Positions 1 through 9,224 of a stretch of DNA of 64,000 nucleotides are shown piece after piece (position 1 is the first letter of the stretch; each line of letters opens with the position of its first letter). The notes beneath the pieces were generated by a model. It searched no databases. It saw nothing but the letters and a program-made list of their open reading frames with translations, and was not told the DNA's origin. The DNA comes from an uncultured Nitrospirota bacterium (GTDB lineage: Bacteria; CG2-30-53-67). Where the stretch lies: the NCBI GenBank assembly GCA_964483105.1, contig CAYZZU010000012.1, positions 10,275-74,274 of the forward strand. The letters run 5' to 3'. A program made the translations under genes and the position numbers.

Positions 1-1189
1 ACCGTTGCTGCTGAAAGGTGAAGAACTCGAAGCCGCCAGGGAGAAGGCGAAATCCCTGACTCAGGTCCGAATGTCCTCCAGGGAGACGGGGGATCTCATC
101 ATGTTGGGAATCGGTGGTTTTACCCCCCTGGACGGCTTCATGGGGCGGGACGACTGGAAAGGGGTCTGTGAAAATTACACCATGGCGGACGGTCTGTTCT
201 GGCCGATCCCGATCACCCTCTCCACCAACAAGGGGAAGGCCGATTCGATCCAGGTCGGAGAGGAAGTCGCCTTGGTCAGTGAGGAGACCGGTGAGTTGAT
301 GGGTTCCATGGTAGTGAACGAGAAGTACGAGATGACCCTGGCGGATAAGGAGTTTGAATGCCAGCACGTCTTCAAGACCACGGAGACGGCGCATCCCGGT
401 GTAGCCAAGGTGATGGAACAGGATGATGTCAATCTCGCAGGTCCCGTCAAGGTATTCAGTGAAGGGGAATTCCCGAAGAAGTATCCCGGAATCTACATGA
501 CACCGGCGGAAACGCGCAAGATTTTCGAAGAGAAAGGGTGGAGCACGGTAGCGGCCTTCCAGACCCGGAACCCGATGCACCGTTCCCACGAATACCTGAC
601 CAAGATCGCCATCGAGATCTGTGACGGAGTCCTGATCCACCAGCTTCTCGGAAAGCTCAAGCCCGGAGATATTCCCGCGGAAGTTCGGAGCGAGGCGATC
701 GGAACGCTGATCGAGAAATACTTCGTCAAGGATACCGTGATCCAGGCCGGGTATCCTCTGGATATGCGTTACGCGGGGCCCCGTGAGGCCTTGTTGCATG
801 CCCTGTTCCGGCAGAATTATGGGTGCAGTCACCTGATCGTCGGTAGGGATCATGCCGGTGTGGGGGACTATTACGGTCCCTTTGACGCCCACAAGATCTT
901 TGACGAGATTCCGGAGGATGCGCTTCAGACCAAACCGCTGAAGATCGACTGGACCTTCTATTGCACCAAATGTGACGGCATGGCCTCCATGAAGACCTGT
1001 TGCCACGGCAAGGAAGACCGGCTGCTCCTGTCCGGGACCAAGCTCCGGAAGATGCTGTCTGAAGGTGCTGATGTGCCGGACCACTTCAGTCGTCCCGAGG
1101 TGCTGACGATCCTGCGGAAATACTATGCCTCTTTGAAGGAAGACGAAAAAGTGGAGATTAAGCTCCATAAGGCGGCCACAGGAGAATAG
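1..1189 (+). CDS. sat: sulfate adenylyltransferase (ATP sulfurylase), 5'-truncated at window edge
   Basis: The ORF at 5..1189 carries the [11 protein letters not shown] motif and the [13 protein letters not shown]-terminal region typical of dissimilatory Sat. The N-terminus appears to start upstream of the window. Confidence 0.85.
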   Translation, partial: PLLLKGEELEAAREKAKSLTQVRMSSRETGDLIMLGIGGFTPLDGFMGRDDWKGVCENYTMADGLFWPIPITLSTNKGKADSIQVGEEVALVSEETGELMGSMVVNEKYEMTLADKEFECQHVFKTTETAHPGVAKVMEQDDVNLAGPVKVFSEGEFPKKYPGIYMTPAETRKIFEEKGWSTVAAFQTRNPMHRSHEYLTKIAIEICDGVLIHQLLGKLKPGDIPAEVRSEAIGTLIEKYFVKDTVIQAGYPLDMRYAGPREALLHALFRQNYGCSHLIVGRDHAGVGDYYGPFDAHKIFDEIPEDALQTKPLKIDWTFYCTKCDGMASMKTCCHGKEDRLLLSGTKLRKMLSEGADVPDHFSRPEVLTILRKYYASLKEDEKVEIKLHKAATGE

Positions 1190-1264
1190 TGGCGATGAAG
1201 GGAGAAGGATTACGGGGGATACGGCATATCAAGCCGTATCCCCCGTGCCGAAAGGGGGAAAATC

Positions 1265-1615
1265 ATGTCAGGCCCAAAATATCAGCATAATCCCTTCATC
1301 GAAAATTTCTGCTATCAGCTTGTGGCGCAGAAAATGAATGTCGAGGAAATGGAGGTAGCCACGATCGACCAGATCGCGGAGGATCTTTATACGCGGTTTG
1401 AGTCACTCCTGGGGAGGCACATCGTGGAGTCCCTTCCGGAAGAAAAACGGAAGGAATTCCAGGCGCGGATGGGGGAGATCCATCTACAAAAGGATGCGGA
1501 CAACCTGGATATGGTGGCCTCTATCTTCGGTGATGTGGCTGTGGATGCCATGGAGTTCAACAAGATCCTGAGAAGTAGCCTGAAAGACCTCACGGACGAG
1601 TTCCTGAACAGTTGA
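1265..1615 (+). CDS. hypothetical protein (116 aa)
   Basis: ORF with a good SD (AAGGGGGAAAATC-ATG) lying 75 bp downstream of sat. No recognisable domain. Confidence 0.4.
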   Translation: MSGPKYQHNPFIENFCYQLVAQKMNVEEMEVATIDQIAEDLYTRFESLLGRHIVESLPEEKRKEFQARMGEIHLQKDADNLDMVASIFGDVAVDAMEFNKILRSSLKDLTDEFLNS

Positions 1616-1697
1616 GATGCCTTTCTGCCGGAGACCGTGAAAGCAGCCGGCTGGAATTTCCCATCCCGGTTCCTGTCAGTTCCTTCCGAAACGGGGA

Positions 1698-2855
1698 TTA
1701 ATGAACATACGTGTCCCAATTCTTGCACTGGGGACAACGCCAGAGCATCTGCTTGGATTCAAAACCGCAATGGCTGCAGTGGTAGAACAGATATCGCGCT
1801 GAGAAAATATCCATCAGAATTTGAAGTTGTTTCCGGACCTCATCCACCTGTCCGAGCGCCAGATAGGATTCTCCAAGCTTTTGATGTGCCTCGATACAGT
1901 TGGAACGAATCTGAATGACCTCCTGATATTCCCGAATGGCCGCGTCCAGATCTCCCTTCCGGAAATAGTGGTCGCCCAGGACCAGCCGGGTTTGCAGGTC
2001 ATTCGGATGCTTCCGGACATTTCGCTGATAGATTTTTTCCATTTCATCGTAACGGCCCATCTCGTAATAGGAGTTTTCCAGACGTTTGTAGGTCAGAAAA
2101 GCGAATTCCGGGGTGCGCCGCGTCACCCCTTCCCACATCTCGATCGCCTTTTCATATCTCTTCTGGCCATGAAACAGATCACCCAGATGGAGATAGGCGT
2201 CCGCGCATTTCGGGTCGATCTGGATGGCCTTGCGATAGGCCCGGATCGCCTCATCGATTTTTCCCTGTTCCTGAAGTGCCTTTGCAATCTCGGTTTGAAG
2301 ATGTGATAGAATCATTGTATCCTTGGACTTCGTCAGTTTCTGGATCTGTATCTGAGTCTGCAGTGCCTTGTCCCAGCTTTTTTCATCTTCGTAGATCTTC
2401 TCGAGGTGTTGGTGGGCCTGTAGGTGACGCGGATTCAATTGGATGACATGCTGAAAGGTTTCAATGGCGCTGTCGAAGAGACCGGCCTTCTGGTAGTCCA
2501 GGGCCAGATCAAAGTAGGCCTGAATCAGGATCTTTTTATCCAGGGATGGACGCACAATGATACTCTGGTGGATGCGGATTGCTCGCCCGACCTCCCCTTT
2601 GGAGCGGAAGAGGCTCCCGAGGCCGAGATAAACCTCGACGGTTTCTGAATCCACTTCAACCATCCGCGTGAATTCCTCGATCGCCTTGTCGTGTTCATTC
2701 GAAAGGATGTAGTTCAGGCTCTTGTAAAACCCCGGGTGGTTCCGGGAAGGAGAGGATTGTTTCCGTGTCCGGCGGGGGAGAAGGCGACCCGCCGCCGTAC
2801 CCGCAAGAAAACCGATCCCGATCATAAGGAGGGTACCGACAGGGGGGAGGATCAT
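1698..2855 (-). CDS. lapB: lipopolysaccharide assembly protein LapB/YciM (TPR repeats with C-terminal rubredoxin-like zinc ribbon)
   Basis: N-terminal TM helix, multiple TPR motifs and a C-terminal CSHCGF...CPQCKNWD metal-binding motif. The stop-start overlap with the upstream lapA-like gene supports the assignment. Confidence 0.7.
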   Translation of the reverse strand: MILPPVGTLLMIGIGFLAGTAAGRLLPRRTRKQSSPSRNHPGFYKSLNYILSNEHDKAIEEFTRMVEVDSETVEVYLGLGSLFRSKGEVGRAIRIHQSIIVRPSLDKKILIQAYFDLALDYQKAGLFDSAIETFQHVIQLNPRHLQAHQHLEKIYEDEKSWDKALQTQIQIQKLTKSKDTMILSHLQTEIAKALQEQGKIDEAIRAYRKAIQIDPKCADAYLHLGDLFHGQKRYEKAIEMWEGVTRRTPEFAFLTYKRLENSYYEMGRYDEMEKIYQRNVRKHPNDLQTRLVLGDHYFRKGDLDAAIREYQEVIQIRSNCIEAHQKLGESYLALGQVDEVRKQLQILMDIFSARYLFYHCSHCGFESKQMLWRCPQCKNWDTYVH

Positions 2856-3196
2856 GCGGAGCCTTTCTCGGAGTCAGGGTTGTGTTGAGACGGAATTCCG
2901 ATTTTTTCCGATTCAATGATCGGCATCTTGCGGAGTGAATTCAGCTCTCCTTCAATCCGTTTTTTCTCTTTTTTCAGGGCCCGCAATTTCCCTTTTAATT
3001 TCAGTTTTTCAAAGAAACCGATCAAGAGGGCCAGGATCATACCAACCAGCAGCGAGATCAGAAGGAGAAGAAAAAGCGGGATTTCGATAAAGGATTGTTG
3101 TGTATAGAAGAGGCGCACATTCTCCATGTTAATGTTGGAGAAGAAGAGCAGAACCAGAAAGACCAGCAACGCCAGGATCATTTTCAGTACCAGCAT
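2852..3196 (-). CDS. lapA: LapA/YciS-like small inner-membrane protein (DUF1049)
   Basis: 114 aa with two TM helices plus a Lys/Glu-rich coiled tail. It lies immediately upstream of lapB with a 4-nt overlap. Confidence 0.55.
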   Translation of the reverse strand: MLVLKMILALLVFLVLLFFSNINMENVRLFYTQQSFIEIPLFLLLLISLLVGMILALLIGFFEKLKLKGKLRALKKEKKRIEGELNSLRKMPIIESEKIGIPSQHNPDSEKGSA

Positions 3197-3458
3197 AATG
3201 ATTACTCCGGGAAAGGGTTCATTGAATTGTGGATCGCCAGGATGAATACTGACGGATCGGGCATTCCAGTTGAAGTCTGAATCGTCTTTCTCCTGCCACC
3301 CTTCAGCCTGTTCACCTGCTGCATCATAATTCCTTGAAAGTCTTTCCTTTTCAGTCCACCGGTCCGGTAGTTACGGAAAATAACACAGGTCGCCTCAAAG
3401 ATCAACCTTTCCTGTTTTTCCGGAGAAAATTTTCCGGGGGCGAACCAGGCCGTCGGTT

Positions 3459-4841
3459 TCAGGACTCTTTGCCTTTTCCCCTGGATCCGATTTCATATTT
3501 ACTGAGTTTATACCGGAAGGAACGAAAGCTCATATTCAGTATTCGTGCGGCCTCTTTCTTGACCCATCCGGATTTTTCGAGTGCCTTTAAGAGAAGAGAC
3601 TTTTCCATGTCCGTGATGATGCGGTCAAAATCCAAACCTTCCGAAGGCATATGCACAAAGTCCGGGAGATTCTCCTCGTGTCCGGAAACAATCCGCCTCG
3701 GAAGACTTTCCAAGGTAATCTGCCTTCCCTGGGTCATGACGACCGCGCGTTCGATGACGTTCTCCAGTTCCCGGACATTTCCTTTCCATTCCTGCCGGAT
3801 TAGGAGATCCATACATTCCTGGGTGATTCCCATTGTCTTGTCGGGGGAATACTTCTTGAGAAAATGTCCCACCAGAAGAGGAATATCCTCTCTTCTCTCC
3901 CGGAGTGGAGGGGCCTCGATCGGGATGACATTCAGGCGGTAGTAGAGGTCTTCCCGGAATCTCTTTTCGTGAACAATCTTCTCGAGATCCCGATTGGTGG
4001 CGGCGATAATCCGGACATCCACACGGATGTTGTCAATTCCGCCGATCCGGCGGAATTCCTGATCCTGGAGGACTCGCAGCAACTTTACCTGCATGGAGGG
4101 ATTCATCTCTCCGATTTCATCCAGGAGGAGGGTTCCTCCGTCGGCCGCTTCAAAGAGGCCTTTTTTGTTCTCCGCGGCGCCTGTGAAAGCCCCTTTCTGG
4201 TGCCCGAAGAGTTCGGATTCCAGGAGGTTTTCCGGGAGGGCGCCGCAATTGACAGTCACAAAGGGTTTCTCTTTGCGGCGGCTTAACCGGTGGATGGCCC
4301 GCGCAATCAGTTCCTTGCCTGTCCCGCTTTCTCCGGTGATCAGGATGTTGCTTCTGCTGGAGGCTGTTTTCCGGATGATTTCAAAAACTGACTTCATGGC
4401 GGGACTCTTCCCGATGATCTCTTCCAGGCCGTTTATGGCATACAATTCCTGCCGGAGAAGTGTATTCTCCTGCTCCAGTCGTTTCTTTTCAAGGGCGTTT
4501 TGAATAATGATCTTGATCTCGTCGACTTTAAAGGGCTTGACCACGTAATCAATGGCTCCCTTCTTCATGGCTTCGACGGCGCTGTCGGTGGAACCGAAAG
4601 CCGTAATGATCAGGACTTGCGTGTCCGGTGAGACGGCGTGGATTCTCTCTAAAAGCTGGATGCCGTTCATGCCGGGCATTTTGATATCAGAGATCACAAG
4701 GGAGAAAATCTCTTTTTCGATCCACTTCAGGCATTGGTCCGCGTTTTCCGCCGTCTTGACCCGATAACCTTCTTTTCCCAGCAGGATGGCAAGAAACTCC
4801 CTCATGCTCTTTTCATCATCGACAACAAGAATGGAATGCAT
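3459..4841 (-). CDS. pilR: sigma-54-dependent response regulator, PilR-like (REC-AAA+-Fis HTH)
   Basis: REC domain (VVDDE...D), GESGTGKE Walker A, GAFTGA sigma-54 contact motif and a C-terminal HTH. Its position after pilB-pilT-pilC-pilS matches the Geobacter pil cluster order. Confidence 0.6.
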   Translation of the reverse strand: MHSILVVDDEKSMREFLAILLGKEGYRVKTAENADQCLKWIEKEIFSLVISDIKMPGMNGIQLLERIHAVSPDTQVLIITAFGSTDSAVEAMKKGAIDYVVKPFKVDEIKIIIQNALEKKRLEQENTLLRQELYAINGLEEIIGKSPAMKSVFEIIRKTASSRSNILITGESGTGKELIARAIHRLSRRKEKPFVTVNCGALPENLLESELFGHQKGAFTGAAENKKGLFEAADGGTLLLDEIGEMNPSMQVKLLRVLQDQEFRRIGGIDNIRVDVRIIAATNRDLEKIVHEKRFREDLYYRLNVIPIEAPPLRERREDIPLLVGHFLKKYSPDKTMGITQECMDLLIRQEWKGNVRELENVIERAVVMTQGRQITLESLPRRIVSGHEENLPDFVHMPSEGLDFDRIITDMEKSLLLKALEKSGWVKKEAARILNMSFRSFRYKLSKYEIGSRGKGKES

Positions 4842-4844
4842 GGG

Positions 4845-6563
4845 TTACTCCTGGTGGATTGCGGAGGGAACCGCTTCGGGTAAATAAAGATGGAAAACCG
4901 TCCCCCGCCCGGAAGAACTGACCACGTCCACCCATCCGTGATGTTGTTGCGTGATCTGGTGGACAATGGCGAGCCCCAGTCCGGAACCGCTCCCTTTTGT
5001 CGTGTGAAAGGGGAAGAAGATTTTCTCCTTGATCTTGGGATCGATACCGGTTCCGGTATCCGATACGGAGACACGGATCATGGAGGAGTTCGGCCTCTCC
5101 CCCTGGAACGGAGGGGGAGAGGTTCCCTTCCGGGTCTGAATGCGTAAAATACCGCCTTCGGGCATGGCCTCGATCGCGTTGGTTACGAGATTCCAGAGAA
5201 CCTGCCGGATGGCCATGGAATCGACGTTCACCAGGAGGTGCTCATCCATCTCCGTTTGGATCCGTATGTTCTCATGGATGTGTTTCCCCCGCTTCAGAAG
5301 GGTGATCGCGTCTTCAATGAGATCCCGGATCGATTCCGGTTTGCAACGCAGCGGTCGGGGTCTGGCGTAGACGAGGAAGTTGCCGATCAGGTCGTTTAAA
5401 CGGTCTGTTTCCTTGAGGATGATGTCCATGAGTTTCCGGTTTTCGGGGCTTAAATCAAGCTCTGACCGAAGGACCTGAATCGATCCGCTCATGGAGGCAA
5501 GCGGGTTTCGAATTTCATGGGCGATTCCGGCGGAAAGTTCTCCGATCATGGCGAGTTGTTCCTTCCGCTTGATCTTCTCTTCGAGTGCCTTGAACCGGGT
5601 CAGGTCCTGAAAGGTGCAGATCAATCCCTTCGGAGTCCCGCTTTTATTCAGCAGCATGGAGAGAGTCATGCCCAGGATCATATCACTCCCGTTGCGTGCG
5701 CTGTAGCGGATTTCGAATCGGCTGAAGCCTTCTTTATTCTGCATTCGCGATAGACGCGAAAGACAGGTCCGGACTTCCTGGTAGGGGAACAGTTGGTTCA
5801 GTTCCATTCTCCGGATCTCTTCTCCGGGGATTTGGAGAATGGTTTCGGAAGAGTGGTTGACCGACGTGATCCGTCCGGAAAGATCGGTAGTGATCAGTCC
5901 GCTTGTGACGCTCTGGATAATGTTTTCATGAAGTGCCTGAAGGTCTTCAATGCTGTCTTCTTTCAGGCGGATTTCCTCCCGGGCTTTTTGGAGGCGGCGT
6001 GCGAGATGGTTGCTTAAAAACGCCACGAGGAAAAAGGAAAAGAGGTTGAGGAAGACCCGGTAATAGAGTTGTACCGATCCATAGGAAACCAGGAGGCCGG
6101 GATGGGACGGAGCCTGTTTCAGTACATTCACGTAGAAGAGGATTAGATAGGCGGCCGAACTGAGCAGGGCCGTGGCGAGGCTTCCCTCCTGGTAGCGCAG
6201 AATGCTCCCGCTCAGGATGGTCAACAAATACAGAAAAACAAAGGGACTTTCAATCCCTCCGGTGATGTCGAGAATCCCGGTAATGAAGATGATGTCCCCG
6301 ATCACCTGGAAGTAGCAGAACCACACCGGATTCTTCAGGTATTGGAACAGGACCGCCGAGACCACGGTCAACAGGTAGGAATAAACGATCAGGTAAAAGA
6401 GAAAGCGAAAGGAAGAGACCAGTTCCGTATGCGGGCCGCGGCGGCTGATCAGGATGGTCACTCCGAAGAGGAAGGTGACGAGAATCACCCGCAGGAACAT
6501 GAGCCACTTTAATTTCAGGAAGAGGTCGTTTACGGATGGTGAGCGCGTCTCAGTCATGATCAT
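4845..6563 (-). CDS. pilS: sensor histidine kinase, PilS-like (6-TM N-terminus, PAS, HisKA, HATPase)
   Basis: Hydrophobic N-terminal ~200 aa with multiple TM helices, then HEIRNPL H-box and an HATPase_c G-box. Cognate to the adjacent sigma-54 regulator. Confidence 0.55.
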   Translation of the reverse strand: MIMTETRSPSVNDLFLKLKWLMFLRVILVTFLFGVTILISRRGPHTELVSSFRFLFYLIVYSYLLTVVSAVLFQYLKNPVWFCYFQVIGDIIFITGILDITGGIESPFVFLYLLTILSGSILRYQEGSLATALLSSAAYLILFYVNVLKQAPSHPGLLVSYGSVQLYYRVFLNLFSFFLVAFLSNHLARRLQKAREEIRLKEDSIEDLQALHENIIQSVTSGLITTDLSGRITSVNHSSETILQIPGEEIRRMELNQLFPYQEVRTCLSRLSRMQNKEGFSRFEIRYSARNGSDMILGMTLSMLLNKSGTPKGLICTFQDLTRFKALEEKIKRKEQLAMIGELSAGIAHEIRNPLASMSGSIQVLRSELDLSPENRKLMDIILKETDRLNDLIGNFLVYARPRPLRCKPESIRDLIEDAITLLKRGKHIHENIRIQTEMDEHLLVNVDSMAIRQVLWNLVTNAIEAMPEGGILRIQTRKGTSPPPFQGERPNSSMIRVSVSDTGTGIDPKIKEKIFFPFHTTKGSGSGLGLAIVHQITQQHHGWVDVVSSSGRGTVFHLYLPEAVPSAIHQE

Positions 6564-6798
6564 CGGGTGGAATGAAAAACGACATTGCGATCGTGGACTG
6601 CCTCTTTACGTTCCGTTGGGGAGGCGCGTCCAAAAGCGAAACCGGGGCTGTTCAGGAAATACGCCGGTATTGCGACACCTTACCCTGTCTGTGTCCCGAA
6701 CCCTGTGTCATGCCACGAAGAGCGGATCCGGTGGCGAGCCGCAGGGAGTCGGATCGGCAACGATCTTTGAACCTGATCCTATTTACGGGCCGGGGCGC

Positions 6799-8010
6799 CT
6801 AATGGATCATATCCGCCATTCGGAATACCGGGAGGTACATGGAGACCACCAGAAACCCTACGGTCCCTCCCAGGAAGACCATCATCATGGGTTCCAACAT
6901 GGAGGTCAGCGCCCCCACGGCATTGTCCACTTCTTCATCGTAGAAATCGGCGATTTTGGATAACATCGCGTCCAGCGCCCCGGTTTGTTCTCCCACACCG
7001 ATCATCTGAACCACCATGGGAGGAAATACGTTGGTCTCGGCCAGGGGCTCGGAGATGGTCTTTCCTTCCTGGATGCTCTCCCGGGTTTTCAGGACAGCTT
7101 CTTCGATGATCTTGTTGTTGGCGGTGCGGGCGACGATCTCCAGTCCGTCCAGGATGGGAACTCCACTGCTGATGAGAGTTCCAAGAGTTCGCGTGAATTT
7201 CGCCACCGCAACTTTCCGGATGAGGGGACCGATCACGGGGAGCCGGAGCAGGGTGGCGTGAATGGCCCGTTTGAAACGTCCGCTCCGTTTGTAGGCGGCC
7301 CGGAAGGCCAGGACGAAGACCACAATCCCCAAAAGGATATAGAGTATATTCGCCTTTAAGAACTGGCTCATCGCAATGACCAATTGAGTCGGTGCCGGAA
7401 GGGTTCCCCCGAATCCTGCGAACATTTTCTGAAACACGGGGATGACGTAGATCATGATGATTGCGACAACGACCACGGCGACACTGATGACGGTGGCGGG
7501 GTAGACCATGGCGCCTTTGACCTTTTTTTTCAGCTTCATGGCCTTTTCGATATAGCCCGCCAGCCGGTTGAGGATTGTGTCCAGAATTCCGCCTACCTCT
7601 CCCGCTTCCACCATGTTCACGTAGAGGCCGCTGAAGACGTTCGGGTGTTTACGCAGAGCGTCGGCGTAAGTGGAACCGGCTTCCACATCCTGCTTGACAC
7701 TCCCGATGACCTTAGCGAAGACTTTGTTCTCGGTTTGAGAAGAGAGGATATCCAGACATTGAACCAGGGGCAGGCCGGCGTCGATCATCGTTGCAAACTG
7801 GCGGGTAAAGATGACAATCTCCCCCTCCTTAATGCCGCGGCCCAATCCGGGGATTTTGATCTCAATGTCCTTCTGTTTTCGCTTCAGTGAGGTGGCGCGG
7901 ACCCCTTGCTGCCTGAGGACTGCCGCCGCCTCATCTCTGGAGGCTGCCTCGATCACTCCCTTTTTGATCCCACCGCTACTGGTCTTGCCGGCGTACTCAA
8001 AGACTTTCAT
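6799..8010 (-). CDS. pilC: type IV pilus assembly platform protein PilC (GspF family)
   Basis: 403 aa. Duplicated T2SS-F domains with three TM segments, the typical PilC architecture. Confidence 0.85.
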   Translation of the reverse strand: MKVFEYAGKTSSGGIKKGVIEAASRDEAAAVLRQQGVRATSLKRKQKDIEIKIPGLGRGIKEGEIVIFTRQFATMIDAGLPLVQCLDILSSQTENKVFAKVIGSVKQDVEAGSTYADALRKHPNVFSGLYVNMVEAGEVGGILDTILNRLAGYIEKAMKLKKKVKGAMVYPATVISVAVVVVAIIMIYVIPVFQKMFAGFGGTLPAPTQLVIAMSQFLKANILYILLGIVVFVLAFRAAYKRSGRFKRAIHATLLRLPVIGPLIRKVAVAKFTRTLGTLISSGVPILDGLEIVARTANNKIIEEAVLKTRESIQEGKTISEPLAETNVFPPMVVQMIGVGEQTGALDAMLSKIADFYDEEVDNAVGALTSMLEPMMMVFLGGTVGFLVVSMYLPVFRMADMIH

Positions 8011-8046
8011 GACTTGATCTCCCGGGTGGTAATGCCTTTTCGAAGG

Positions 8047-9171
8047 CTAATACCTTATTTTGGAGGAACGAACCCTCCGGGTGTTCTCCGTTTCTCCTGC
8101 GAGGCCTCCCTTGTTCAACATGTTCAACATCTCATCAGGAACCGCGGATCTGCCGATGGCGTCTTCATAGCTGATCAGGCGTCGTTGGTACAGGTGATAC
8201 AGGGACTGGTTCATGGTCTGCATGCCGTACTGTTCCTGGCCGGTCTGCATGGCGGAATAAATCTGGTGAGCCTTGTCTTCCCGGATCAGGTTTCGGATGG
8301 CCGCGTTGGGCACCATGACCTCCAGGGCCAGGACACGTCCTTCTCCACTCGCCTTTGCGATCAACTGCTGGCACAGGACTCCTTCCAGAACAAAGGACAG
8401 CTGTGCCCGGACCTGGGCTTGCTGGTGAGAAGGGAATACGTCGATGATCCGATTGATGGTCTGTACGCTTGAGTTGGTGTGAAGCGTAGCGAAACAGAGA
8501 TGGCCGGTTTCCGAAACGGTCAGGGCGGCCTCGATGGTTTCCAGGTCCCTCATCTCCCCGATCAGGACAACGTCCGGATCCTGCCGGAGCACGTACTTCA
8601 ATGCAGCCTTGAACGATCGGGTGTCCGCATTCACCTCCCGCTGATTGACGACGCATTTCTTGTGATGGTGCAGGAACTCGATCGGGTCTTCCACCGTGAT
8701 GATGTGTTCGTGACGTTCGGAATTGATCTTGTCAATCATGGACGCAAGGGTTGTGGATTTTCCGCTTCCCGTTGGGCCCGTGACCAGAATCAGACCTCTC
8801 GGTTTTTCGCAGAGTTTTTCCACGATCGGTGGAAGTCCCAGCTCCTCGAAGGAGAGAATCTTGTAGGGGATGGTCCGGAAAGCGGCGGCCATGGCTCCGC
8901 GTTGCATGAAAAAGTTAGCCCGGAATCGGCTGAGTCCTTTTACGCCGAAAGAGACATCGAGCTCATTGTCTTCCTCGAACCGGTGCTTCTGTGCGTCCGT
9001 CAGGACGCTGTAGGACATTTGTTTCGTCTCAGAGGCGCTGAGCGCAGGCAGATTCAGCGGGGTCAGCTTCCCGTCGACCCGGATCTGCGGAGGGGACCCC
9101 GTCGTAATGTGGAGATCGGACGCCCCTCTTTCAATCATGGTTTTCAATAGTTGATGCAGGCTCAGGGCCAT
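8047..9171 (-). CDS. pilT: twitching motility / pilus retraction ATPase PilT
   Basis: GPTGSGKSTT Walker A, Asp box, His box, ~370 aa PilT/PilU family. Confidence 0.8.
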   Translation of the reverse strand: MALSLHQLLKTMIERGASDLHITTGSPPQIRVDGKLTPLNLPALSASETKQMSYSVLTDAQKHRFEEDNELDVSFGVKGLSRFRANFFMQRGAMAAAFRTIPYKILSFEELGLPPIVEKLCEKPRGLILVTGPTGSGKSTTLASMIDKINSERHEHIITVEDPIEFLHHHKKCVVNQREVNADTRSFKAALKYVLRQDPDVVLIGEMRDLETIEAALTVSETGHLCFATLHTNSSVQTINRIIDVFPSHQQAQVRAQLSFVLEGVLCQQLIAKASGEGRVLALEVMVPNAAIRNLIREDKAHQIYSAMQTGQEQYGMQTMNQSLYHLYQRRLISYEDAIGRSAVPDEMLNMLNKGGLAGETENTRRVRSSKIRY

Positions 9172-9224
9172 GGTCTGTACTCCTTCCTGGACGAGTTAAA
9201 ACGGTTCTTGCGGGATGTGCGGTT

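Noticed and set aside
3197-3458. Search for a pilA pilin gene downstream of pilR, including the 67-aa ORF 3202..3405
   Set aside because: No class III signal peptide or G/FTLIE motif on either strand. The 67-aa ORF is basic and non-pilin-like. A ccggagaaaattttccgg hairpin is present but lacks a T-tract.
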